64,000 nt of DNA from assembly GCA_964537725.1 (NCBI GenBank), contig CAZICD010000001.1, positions 63,878 through 127,877 of the forward strand, written 5' to 3'. Shown here piece by piece: positions 54,812-61,938 of this stretch; position 1 is the stretch's first letter, and every line of letters starts with the position of its first letter. Below the pieces are notes generated by a model. It saw only the letters and a list, made by a program, of their open reading frames with translations, did no database searches and was not told the DNA's origin. The stretch is from an uncultured Spirochaetaceae bacterium. Lineage in GTDB: Bacteria > Spirochaetota > Spirochaetia > DSM-27196 > SLST01. Position numbers and translations under genes: made by a program.

Positions 54812-56505
54812 TCGCGGGTGCCCAGGGCGACGTAGGAGAGCGCGAGGAAGAGCAGCAGCGCCTGGAGGCAGGCCACGAGGACCGCGGTGAGGGTCACGCT
54901 CACCGACAGGAGCACCGTCGACACGAGCAGTCGCTGGGCGTACTGGAGCGTGAGGTAGACCGGGAGGATGAACACCGGAGCGAGGGGGATCAGGACGAGC
55001 GTGGGGATGGGAGGCATATGGAGGTAGCGGCTTCGGTAGCGCCAACCGAACCCCATCAGCAGCAGCGAGAGAATCAGAAAGGTGAACGGAGCGAGCAGCC
55101 GCATCAGCAGCTCGACCTCCACCGGTTCGGGGATGAGACCGTAGGCGTCGAGTACGGACACGGTGCGCACGAGCGCGGCGATGCTCGCGGTGGACGGTTC
55201 GCGGGAGACCGATCCGAGCAGCCACAGCTCCCGGGCCGAAGGTTCGACCTCGATCAGATGCTCGAAGGAGGCCGACGGCGCGCCGGCGTGGACGGTGGGC
55301 GCCATCCCGAGCGCGCGCGACTCGCGGTCGATGACGTTCAGGACGAAGTGGCCGTCGGTGAGCTTGCCGTACTCGCTCGAGACATGAAGCGTCCTCGTCC
55401 CGTCGGATGCAACGCGTAGGAGCTCGATCTTCTGGCCGTACACGCCACTCGCGGTCCGAACGAGTTTGCCGATGGCCAGCAACTCGACGAAGTCGGCGCC
55501 GGTGCGGTTGACGAGGACAACGTCCGGTGCACCCGGCATCCCCATCACCGACTCGACTTCGTCCCGGAAGACCGCCATCGACCGAACCTGCTCCTCGGCG
55601 GCGCGCAGGTAGCGCTCCACGTCCACATCGCGTGGATAGTCCCGCGCGAGCTCGACGAACCGGTAATACGCGTCCACGTAGTTCTGACGCGTGAGCGCCG
55701 CCTTCGCCGCCTGCTTCATCTGGAAGAGCTCGTACTCGGCGCTCTCCTCGTCGTCGGGCGCGAGCGCCTCCAGCCGCCCGAGCGCCTCGGCGGCGATCCG
55801 GGCCGCATCGGCGTTGCCGGGCGCGAGCGCGCGGGCGAGGGTGGCCATGTAGTGCGCCGTCGAGTAGTCCTCGTCCTGCATCGCCGCCGATGCGCGGTCG
55901 ACGAGCTCGCCGGCGGTGGCGCTCTCCGGCACGGCGAACCGCTCGTCCTCCTGCGTCGCCTCGAGCCGCACCGCGTCGGCGCGGGCGGCGTCGCGAACCT
56001 CTATCAGCAGCTCCTCCACCTCCTCGCTCTCCCCGACGAGCGCGAGGTACTGATTGAGATCGGAGAGCGCCTGCGTGTAGTTCTGACTCTCGCGAGCCTC
56101 ATCGGCCGACTCACGCAGTCGGCTCGCGAGCGTCGTCGTGAACTCCAGCGATTCGACTCGCGAAGCAGCCGAGGGATACCCGACGAGATAGGCGCCGGCG
56201 AAGACGAGCGTGAGCGCGAGCAGGAGGCCGATCGATCGACCGAACCGCTCGAAGGTCGACCGCGCGGCCCCGGACGACTGCATGGGCACGATCCAGCCGA
56301 AGACGAGCAACGTCGCCCACCCCTGCGCGACCGGCGCGAGCCGCAGGTACTCCGCCCACGTGCGTGCGGTGATCCACGACCACTGGAACTCCGCGAGCAC
56401 GGTCTTCGTGGTGAACGAAAAGATCGATACGAGCAGCAGCACGCCGAACGCGACGCCGTGACAGATCACCGAGGAGGCGAGCAGCTTCCTCCAGCTCTCA
56501 CCCAT
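54808..56505 (-). CDS. Integral membrane protein (3 TM, large extracytoplasmic region, 3 TM) with helical TPR-like insertion
   Basis: 565 aa. The topology resembles LptF/LptG-type permeases, but no sequence motif was recognised. 8-nt overlap with the upstream gene. Confidence 0.55.
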   Translation of the reverse strand: MGESWRKLLASSVICHGVAFGVLLLVSIFSFTTKTVLAEFQWSWITARTWAEYLRLAPVAQGWATLLVFGWIVPMQSSGAARSTFERFGRSIGLLLALTLVFAGAYLVGYPSAASRVESLEFTTTLASRLRESADEARESQNYTQALSDLNQYLALVGESEEVEELLIEVRDAARADAVRLEATQEDERFAVPESATAGELVDRASAAMQDEDYSTAHYMATLARALAPGNADAARIAAEALGRLEALAPDDEESAEYELFQMKQAAKAALTRQNYVDAYYRFVELARDYPRDVDVERYLRAAEEQVRSMAVFRDEVESVMGMPGAPDVVLVNRTGADFVELLAIGKLVRTASGVYGQKIELLRVASDGTRTLHVSSEYGKLTDGHFVLNVIDRESRALGMAPTVHAGAPSASFEHLIEVEPSARELWLLGSVSREPSTASIAALVRTVSVLDAYGLIPEPVEVELLMRLLAPFTFLILSLLLMGFGWRYRSRYLHMPPIPTLVLIPLAPVFILPVYLTLQYAQRLLVSTVLLSVSVTLTAVLVACLQALLLFLALSYVALGTRE

Positions 56506-57481
56506 GCTCGACCTCCCGTCTCCACTCCTCGAGCGGGGGAAGGAATACGAGCCCGGCGAGGAGTCCGACACCGAGCGCCGCGAGCAGCGCCGCCGAGGCG
56601 AACGGAAGCGCACGGGAATCGAACGCGGCGATCAGCACGTCACGCAGCACGCCGGCGTGCACCGCCGGGACGATCCAGAACGCGAACCGAAGCGCCGAGA
56701 GGACCAGAACGACGTTGAAGAGCGGCCAGCGCGTGAGGCGAGCGAGCGTCCACGAACCGAGGAGATAGACGCCGAGCGCCGCGAGATTGAGCAGGCCCGG
56801 CAGCACGCGGTCTCCGGCGAGCGAGAGCAGCCGGGCTGTGGACGCGACGTCCCGCGTGAGCCCGGCGAGGAGCGCCGGGGGCCGCACCATCGCGGGGTAC
56901 GAGTTGGACACGCCGCGCAGGTCGATCGTCGCCTCGCCGTCATCGGCGGCCGTGGTCAGCGCTCCGGGGGGGACCTCGAGCTCGCCGGAGACGGGGTCGA
57001 TCTGCGCGCGGGGTACGACCGAAAAGCCGGGGGTCCGCCGCTCCTCGTGGAGCACGAGCGGCGCGAGCTCGGAACCGTCACGGTCGAGCGCGTACACCCG
57101 CCGGAGCTCGGCCCGTACGATGCGTCGCTCGGGCACGACGATGGCGGGATCGGGCGGTGCTGCGCCCACGACGCCGGTCACGAATCCGCCGGCGACGAGC
57201 GCGCCGGTCCACGCCGCGAAAAGGATCCCTATCGCCGCTGCCGGCGCCTGCATCCTGCGCACCGCCGAGAAGAGCGCGATCGCGCCGGCGAGCAGGACGG
57301 ATACCGGCCAGACGAGCGCGAGCGCGTACAGGAGTCGCGCGATGAACGACGGCGAGAGACTTGCCCCGGATGGATCAAAGCCGATAACATAGCCGTGCGC
57401 TACGACCAGCGCGCTCGAGGCGAGCACGATCAGCACGAACCAGAACAGGAATCGCACCAGCAGGCGGATTGCGGCTTTCAC
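56498..57481 (-). CDS. Integral membrane protein (3 TM, ~110-aa loop, 3 TM)
   Basis: 327 aa from GTG 57481. Longer track starts would run into the divergent sigma-factor gene. LptF/LptG-like topology only. Confidence 0.5.
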   Translation of the reverse strand: MKAAIRLLVRFLFWFVLIVLASSALVVAHGYVIGFDPSGASLSPSFIARLLYALALVWPVSVLLAGAIALFSAVRRMQAPAAAIGILFAAWTGALVAGGFVTGVVGAAPPDPAIVVPERRIVRAELRRVYALDRDGSELAPLVLHEERRTPGFSVVPRAQIDPVSGELEVPPGALTTAADDGEATIDLRGVSNSYPAMVRPPALLAGLTRDVASTARLLSLAGDRVLPGLLNLAALGVYLLGSWTLARLTRWPLFNVVLVLSALRFAFWIVPAVHAGVLRDVLIAAFDSRALPFASAALLAALGVGLLAGLVFLPPLEEWRREVEHG

Positions 57482-57488
57482 CGGGCAG

Positions 57489-57497
57489 ATCGTAGCA
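57489..57497 (-). promoter_or_regulatory. Extended -10 TGCTACGAT, 7 nt before GTG 57481
   Basis: The minus strand reads TGcTACGAT ctgcccg GTG. Confidence 0.35.
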
Positions 57498-57548
57498 CGG
57501 CCCCCGAGTCGATGCAATATTCGTCGCGGGACGTGAATAGGAAGCCGG

Positions 57549-58118
57549 GTGCCGGGTAGTATCCCTGAACGAGAAGAACGAGCACTCATTGAGCGTGCGC
57601 AGCGTGGCGACACGGCCGCATTCGGCGTGCTCGTGCAGCGGTACCTGGAACGCGTGTACCGCGTCGCGCACGCGATCGTGCGCAACGCCGACGAGGCGGC
57701 GGATATCGCGCAGGACACGTTCGTGAGGGCGTTCCGCCGGATGGACCGGTTCGACCCGCAGCGGCCGCTGTTTCCCTGGCTCTACCAGATCGCCCGCAAC
57801 CTGGCGCTCAACCGAATCGAGCGGGTGCGCAGACGCGAGGCGACGCTGCCGGAGCAGGACGCGCTGCTGGCCGTCGGCCCGGGACCGGAGGAGGCTCTGA
57901 TAGCCGCGAGCGAGTCGGAGCGCGTGCGCGCGGCGGTCGCGTCGCTGCCCGAGGCGCATCGCGAGGTGATCGAGCTCAACCACTTCCAGGAGTGCTCGTA
58001 CCGGGAGATGGCCGATATCCTGGGAATCCCCATCGGCACGGTGATGTCGCGCCTCTATCACGCGCGAAGGCGTCTGAAGAGGCTGCTCGACGAGGAGACC
58101 AGCGATGTCCGCGTATAA
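57549..58118 (+). CDS. ECF-type RNA polymerase sigma factor
   Basis: Region 2 (LIERAQRGDTAAFGVLVQRY...FVRAF, PWLYQIARN) and region 4 (EVIELNHFQECSYREMADILGIPIGTVMSRL). Confidence 0.85.
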   Translation: MPGSIPEREERALIERAQRGDTAAFGVLVQRYLERVYRVAHAIVRNADEAADIAQDTFVRAFRRMDRFDPQRPLFPWLYQIARNLALNRIERVRRREATLPEQDALLAVGPGPEEALIAASESERVRAAVASLPEAHREVIELNHFQECSYREMADILGIPIGTVMSRLYHARRRLKRLLDEETSDVRV

Positions 58119-58566
58119 TCCAGACGAGAATATTCCCGAGGACGATATTCGCATCCGCATCCAGGCGCTCGTCGACAACGAGCTGCCCGAGGGCGAGATC
58201 GAGGCCGTGCTCGCAGAGATCGAGGGATCCTACGAGTATCGCACCGAGTACGCCGAGCTGCTGAAGCTCCGCCGCAAGCTTGGACCCGGCCCCGCGCAGC
58301 GCGTATCCGACGAGTGGGTCGAGCGCGCGGAGGCTCGCGTCACCCGTCGCATCGGCCGGGGGCTGGGCATGGTGCTCTTCCTCGGCTCGTACCTCGTCCT
58401 GCTCGGCTACGCGATCTACACGATGCTCCGCGAGCCCGACGTGCCCCTGATCGTCGCGGTGCTCATCCTGGGCGTCGTCGCCGGCTTCGTCATCTTGCTC
58501 GCGACCGCGATCGCGGATAGAGTACGGGAGCGAAAGACCGACAGGTATCGGGGGATCATACGATGA
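58105..58566 (+). CDS. Putative membrane anti-sigma factor (no zinc-finger Cys/His)
   Basis: It overlaps the sigma gene by 14 nt. The N-terminal helical segment (IQALVDNELPEGE) sits where ZAS motifs usually lie. Two C-terminal TM helices. Confidence 0.5.
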   Translation: MSAYNPDENIPEDDIRIRIQALVDNELPEGEIEAVLAEIEGSYEYRTEYAELLKLRRKLGPGPAQRVSDEWVERAEARVTRRIGRGLGMVLFLGSYLVLLGYAIYTMLREPDVPLIVAVLILGVVAGFVILLATAIADRVRERKTDRYRGIIR

Positions 58567-58883
58567 TTGTCGCTACGACCGACTCATTGCCGGGACGACG
58601 CGTAACCGCGGTGCTGGGCCTGGTTCGCGGAAACACGATCCGTGCCCGCCACCTGGGAAAGGACATCTCGGCAGCCTTCAAGAACCTCGCCGGCGGCGAA
58701 ATCTCCGACTACACGAAGATGATGGCCGAAAGCCGCGAGCAGGCGATCGACCGCATGATCGAGGACGCCGAGTCGGTCGGAGCCGACGCGATCGTCGGTG
58801 TACGGTTCACGACGAGCTCGGTGATGCAGGGCGCCGCCGAGATCCTCGTCTACGGCACAGCGATCCGTTGCGAATCGGAATAG
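58563..58883 (+). CDS. YbjQ/UPF0145-family protein
   Basis: 106 aa. It shows VRGNTIRARHLGKDI...GGEI..Y......R..A...M...A...GADAIVGVRF. ATGA overlap with the upstream gene. Confidence 0.85.
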   Translation: MIVATTDSLPGRRVTAVLGLVRGNTIRARHLGKDISAAFKNLAGGEISDYTKMMAESREQAIDRMIEDAESVGADAIVGVRFTTSSVMQGAAEILVYGTAIRCESE

Positions 58884-58901
58884 GACTCATCTCCCCACAG
58901 G

Positions 58902-58910
58902 TTATCCACA
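58902..58910 (+). promoter_or_regulatory. Perfect DnaA-box 9-mer TTATCCACA (box 1)
   Basis: Exact match to the consensus high-affinity box, 19 nt after the ybjQ stop. It is preceded by a partial direct copy (CCCCACAGG / ATCCACAGG). Confidence 0.4.
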
Positions 58911-58942
58911 GGCTGAAACGGCCCTGGAACGCGGTTTCAGCC
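58911..58942 (+). terminator. Hairpin after ybjQ (GGCTGAAAC...GTTTCAGCC)
   Basis: 9-bp stem with a 14-nt loop, immediately after DnaA box 1. No U tract follows. Confidence 0.3.
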
Positions 58943-59126
58943 CCCTCGCGGGGTATCGTGACCGCGTCGAATTCGGCCGGATGCAGCCGGAATTGACGTA
59001 ATTACTTTCACAGAAAGGTATTATACGATTGTCAACGGATTCCAGGCCTTTTCTTTGGATTTCGTGGGGCGGAGTATCTTAAAACCTGTATAGCGGTTGG
59101 CCCGAGCGAGGTGTGTTTTGCACGGG

Positions 59127-59135
59127 TTATCCACA
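59127..59135 (+). promoter_or_regulatory. Perfect DnaA-box 9-mer TTATCCACA (box 2)
   Basis: Exact match in the same orientation as box 1, 31 nt before the stop of the minus-strand regulator gene. Confidence 0.4.
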
Positions 59136-59166
59136 AGCAGTCTCGTGCATGCATCAGCCGTGCCGA

Positions 59167-59862
59167 CTATCGGCATTCCAGACGGTATCCGCGGCCTCGC
59201 GAGCACGAAATCGTGGGTGGCGCGGGCCAGTCCGACGCGGCCTGCGCGAGCCTGCTCCGCAGGCGGGAGAGATGCATGTCGACAGCCCTGCTCGCGGGAC
59301 CGTGGTCCGGGACGACCGCCTGAAGCGCCTCGCGCGGGACCGGATCGTCGCCCCCGCGAGCGAGCATCTCGAGCATGGCGAGCTGGACAGGAGAGATCCC
59401 GACGCGGTGCGCCGGGTCGTCGCCGTCCACCGAGACCCAGTAGCGACCGAAGTGGAGCTCGCCTGCCGCGCACCTCACCATGCGGCGCCGGAGCAGGCGC
59501 CGAACGCGATAGCGCAGTTCCTGCGCGGTCCACGGTTCGACGAGCACGTCGTCGCAGGCTGCGTCGTCGATCGAGTCGAGCGCCGAGGGGGATCCGTAAA
59601 CGAGGACGGGCGGGGCGGCGGGAAGGCCTGCGTCGGAGGCAACCAGGCTCGCGGGCCCGATGATCAGTACGGGGATGTCGCCGTCGGAGAGCGAGGCGAG
59701 CGCGCGTGCGTCGACGTTGTGCACCGCCCGACGCGTCCCCGATTCGAGCGCGAGCCGGACGCGCTCGCGCGTGTAGTCGTCGGCGCCGACGAGCCAGACG
59801 TCGGAGACCGGTCGGTCAGGACTCTTCGTTGAGCTTGCGCTTGAGCGCTTCGAGCTCTTCAT
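59167..59862 (-). CDS. OmpR/PhoB-type winged-helix regulator with degenerate (non-phosphorylatable) receiver
   Basis: C-terminal wHTH (ISPVQLAMLEML...AVDMHLSRLRSRL...GRGYRLE). The receiver positions D, T and K read I, G and E. The start is uncertain; ATG 59862 overlaps the pspA 3' end by 47 nt. Confidence 0.65.
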   Translation of the reverse strand: MKSSKRSSASSTKSPDRPVSDVWLVGADDYTRERVRLALESGTRRAVHNVDARALASLSDGDIPVLIIGPASLVASDAGLPAAPPVLVYGSPSALDSIDDAACDDVLVEPWTAQELRYRVRRLLRRRMVRCAAGELHFGRYWVSVDGDDPAHRVGISPVQLAMLEMLARGGDDPVPREALQAVVPDHGPASRAVDMHLSRLRSRLAQAASDWPAPPTISCSRGRGYRLECR

Positions 59863-60631
59863 CGACCTCTTCGGCGGAACCCGAGTCAGAGGAACCCGGA
59901 GACGCGCCACCGGCCTGGGAAGAACCGGCATTCTCACCGGACGAGCCGCCGGTCTTGTCCTCGATCGCCATCTTCTGCTTCAGGTCCTCGAGGAGCTGTT
60001 CGGTGTTTCCGCCGGCCTCGAGCTGGGCGAACTGCTGCTCGAGGCTCTCGCTCTCGGTCGTGCCCTCGATCTCGAGCATCGCGTCGTTCTCGGCCTCGAT
60101 CTGGTCCATGCGCTTGCTCATCTGGTCGAAGGCCTCGAAGGCGGATGTGTCGGCCATACCGCCGATCGTCTCGTTGATCCGCTTCTGCGCCTCGGCGCGT
60201 CGGGCACGGGCTACGAGCAGGTTCTTCTTGCGCTGTGCCTCCTCGATCTTCTGCTGGAGCCCTCGCAGGGCGCTCTTCAGCTTCTCGACCGATTCGTGCT
60301 GCGCCTCCCACTGCTCCTTGTACTGAGTGGCGGTCTTGTCGAACTCCTGCTTGCGGATCAGCGCTTCCTTGGCGAGGTCGTCCTTCCCGGCGCGGACCGC
60401 GAGCATGGCCTTGCGCTCCCACTCCTGGCCGGCGGCGAGGTTCTCCTTCACCTGGCGCTCGAGCTTCTTCTCGTCCGCGATCGCGGACGCGACGCTCTTC
60501 TTCGACTCGATGAGCTGCTGGTTCATATCGACGATCAGCTGGTTGAGCATCTTCTCGGGATTCTCAGCCTTGCTGATCATGTCGTTGAGGTTCGATTTCA
60601 CGACTCGTCTGAAGCGATCAAAGATTCCCAC
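59816..60631 (-). CDS. pspA: PspA/IM30-family protein with Gly/Ser-rich linker and extra C-terminal helix
   Basis: GTG start after GAGGAGG. The N-terminus GIFDRFRRVVKSNLNDMISKAENPEKMLNQL is canonical PspA. Long coiled coils are followed by the tail GGSSGENAGSSQAGGASPGSSDSGSAEEVDEELEALKRKLNEES. Confidence 0.9.
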   Translation of the reverse strand: MGIFDRFRRVVKSNLNDMISKAENPEKMLNQLIVDMNQQLIESKKSVASAIADEKKLERQVKENLAAGQEWERKAMLAVRAGKDDLAKEALIRKQEFDKTATQYKEQWEAQHESVEKLKSALRGLQQKIEEAQRKKNLLVARARRAEAQKRINETIGGMADTSAFEAFDQMSKRMDQIEAENDAMLEIEGTTESESLEQQFAQLEAGGNTEQLLEDLKQKMAIEDKTGGSSGENAGSSQAGGASPGSSDSGSAEEVDEELEALKRKLNEES

Positions 60632-60642
60632 AGCGGGCCTCC

Positions 60643-61035
60643 TCAGGTCGATTGCCGGTACTTCGCGAGCCGGCTGTAGTGCTGCGCGAGCGCGAGCCCG
60701 GTCGAATCGAGCGACGCCTGGAACTCCTCGAGGTCCATGGACGGGAACTCCAGACTGTCTATCAAGATGACACTGTCCTCTTCGATCGCATAGGCCCCGT
60801 GGACCATCTCGGCGTTCAGCCGCAGGAGCTCTTCGAAGAACTCCTCGCGCTTCTCGCCGGGAACATCCATGACCTTCGCCCGAAGCGTCACGAGCTCGTC
60901 CTGGACGTAGACGACGACCGAGCTCAGCCCGTTCTCCTCGTCGGTGAGCAACCACATGTTCTCACCGATTTCCTCATAGATCAGTTCTAGGTTGATGAAG
61001 AAGCTTTCCAGCTTCTCCTGTGCTGACGCTGCCAT
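60643..61035 (-). CDS. Small acidic protein, YbjN/CesT-like (type III chaperone-like fold) by composition and pattern
   Basis: 130 aa. The alternating beta/alpha pattern (WLLTDEENGLSSVVVYVQDELVTLRAKV...LLRLNAEMVHGAYAIEEDSVILIDSL) fits this fold. AGGAG lies 7 nt before ATG 61035. This is a fold guess only. Confidence 0.55.
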   Translation of the reverse strand: MAASAQEKLESFFINLELIYEEIGENMWLLTDEENGLSSVVVYVQDELVTLRAKVMDVPGEKREEFFEELLRLNAEMVHGAYAIEEDSVILIDSLEFPSMDLEEFQASLDSTGLALAQHYSRLAKYRQST

Positions 61036-61063
61036 CACGCGACTCCTGTGAAATGTAAACCGT

Positions 61064-61082
61064 GTGACGGGAGAACCGTCAC
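61064..61082 (-). other. Intra-operon hairpin between the STAS and YbjN-like genes
   Basis: GTGACGG-ttctc-CCGTCAC on the minus strand has a perfect 7-bp stem. It is followed by acggTTTacaTTT and then the Shine-Dalgarno. Confidence 0.35.
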
Positions 61083-61111
61083 CTCAATCGGCTGCGGCAC
61101 GCCGACCGCGA

Positions 61112-61663
61112 TCAGCCGAGGAACACCTGCCCGGCCGTGTCGATCGCAAGGATCGTCTTGCACTCCGAGCAACGGAACCGGCCGGCCTTGGTCGCCTTGA
61201 GCTTCTTCCCGCAAATGGGACACTTGAAGATCTTGGGGAAGACGTCCGACCGCTGGGTCGTCCCGCCCTTGGAGAAGAACTCGACCGCCTCGTCCAGGCT
61301 GTCCTTGATGTTGAAGAACTGCGAGAAGCCGAGGAGCTGAAAGACCTCGTAGACCTTCGGCTGGATCTCGAGCAGGACGAGGTCGCCGCCACGCGGGCGT
61401 ACCGACTTGAGAAACGCGGTGAACGAACCGATGCCGGTGCTCGACACGTAGTTCAGGCCGGCGCAGTGGAAGATCAGCTTCGTGAAACCCGCTTCGATCG
61501 CACGATTCACGCGCTTCTGAAAGAAGTTGCTGTTGTAAGTATCGATGTAGCCGGTGAGAAACAGAACGAGACCGCCTTCGACGTTGTCAATCTGCTGGAG
61601 CTTGATCTTCAGGCTGTCATCTTTCTCTTCGTCGAACCCTGCAACAATGTCGTTATTAGCCAT
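61112..61663 (-). CDS. STAS-domain protein (anti-sigma antagonist fold) fused to a C-terminal CxxC...CxxC zinc ribbon
   Basis: 183 aa. STAS pattern (LVLFLTGYIDTYNS...LIFHCAGLNYVSSTGIGSFTAFL...VYEVFQLLGF), then FKCPICGKKLKATKAGRFRCSECKTIL. GAAGGAGAA Shine-Dalgarno. The gene is visibly AT-richer than its neighbours. Confidence 0.8.
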   Translation of the reverse strand: MANNDIVAGFDEEKDDSLKIKLQQIDNVEGGLVLFLTGYIDTYNSNFFQKRVNRAIEAGFTKLIFHCAGLNYVSSTGIGSFTAFLKSVRPRGGDLVLLEIQPKVYEVFQLLGFSQFFNIKDSLDEAVEFFSKGGTTQRSDVFPKIFKCPICGKKLKATKAGRFRCSECKTILAIDTAGQVFLG

Positions 61664-61719
61664 GGTTCTCCTTCAGATCCCGCGGACGCGGCCAGTTTTT
61701 TACATTTTAACCCGATCAC

Positions 61720-61748
61720 ATAGTATGAGAGCAACGGAGCTTTGTCAA
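61720..61748 (-). promoter_or_regulatory. Near-consensus sigma-70 promoter TTGACA-17-TACTAT for the STAS/PspA operon
   Basis: On the minus strand the -35 TTGACA is at 61748-61743, the spacer is exactly 17 nt, and the -10 TACTAT is at 61725-61720. The leader to ATG 61663 is about 50 nt. Confidence 0.55.
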
Positions 61749-61938
61749 ACTTGGCCGTTGCCCCTTTCACCCAGAATGTACCACGTCCGGCGGGGCTTCG
61801 CCGGTCGAATTCGGCGCCGCCGGAGTCGGCCCGCACGCGTCGTACGAGCGTCCCGGCCGGGCGCGCTCGAGTAGACCAATTCGCGTCCCCGTTGGTATAC
61901 TCGCGATGGTTCGGGTGAACGAGCCGGGAGGAGAGCCC

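Noticed and set aside
58981-59100. Possible dif/Xer site, tRNA, tmRNA, SRP or 6S RNA in the AT-rich convergent spacer
   Set aside because: ATTATACGATTGTCAA has only a weak resemblance to XerD-arm sequences and lacks the paired inverted arms. I found no cloverleaf, T-loop (GTTCRA) or tmRNA/SRP signature strings. An unclassified sRNA cannot be excluded without expression data.
61768-61784. Sigma-54-like -24 element (TGGTAC on the minus strand) upstream of the PspA operon
   Set aside because: The position 11 nt downstream reads GT rather than the invariant GC of the -12 element. A near-perfect sigma-70 promoter lies just downstream.
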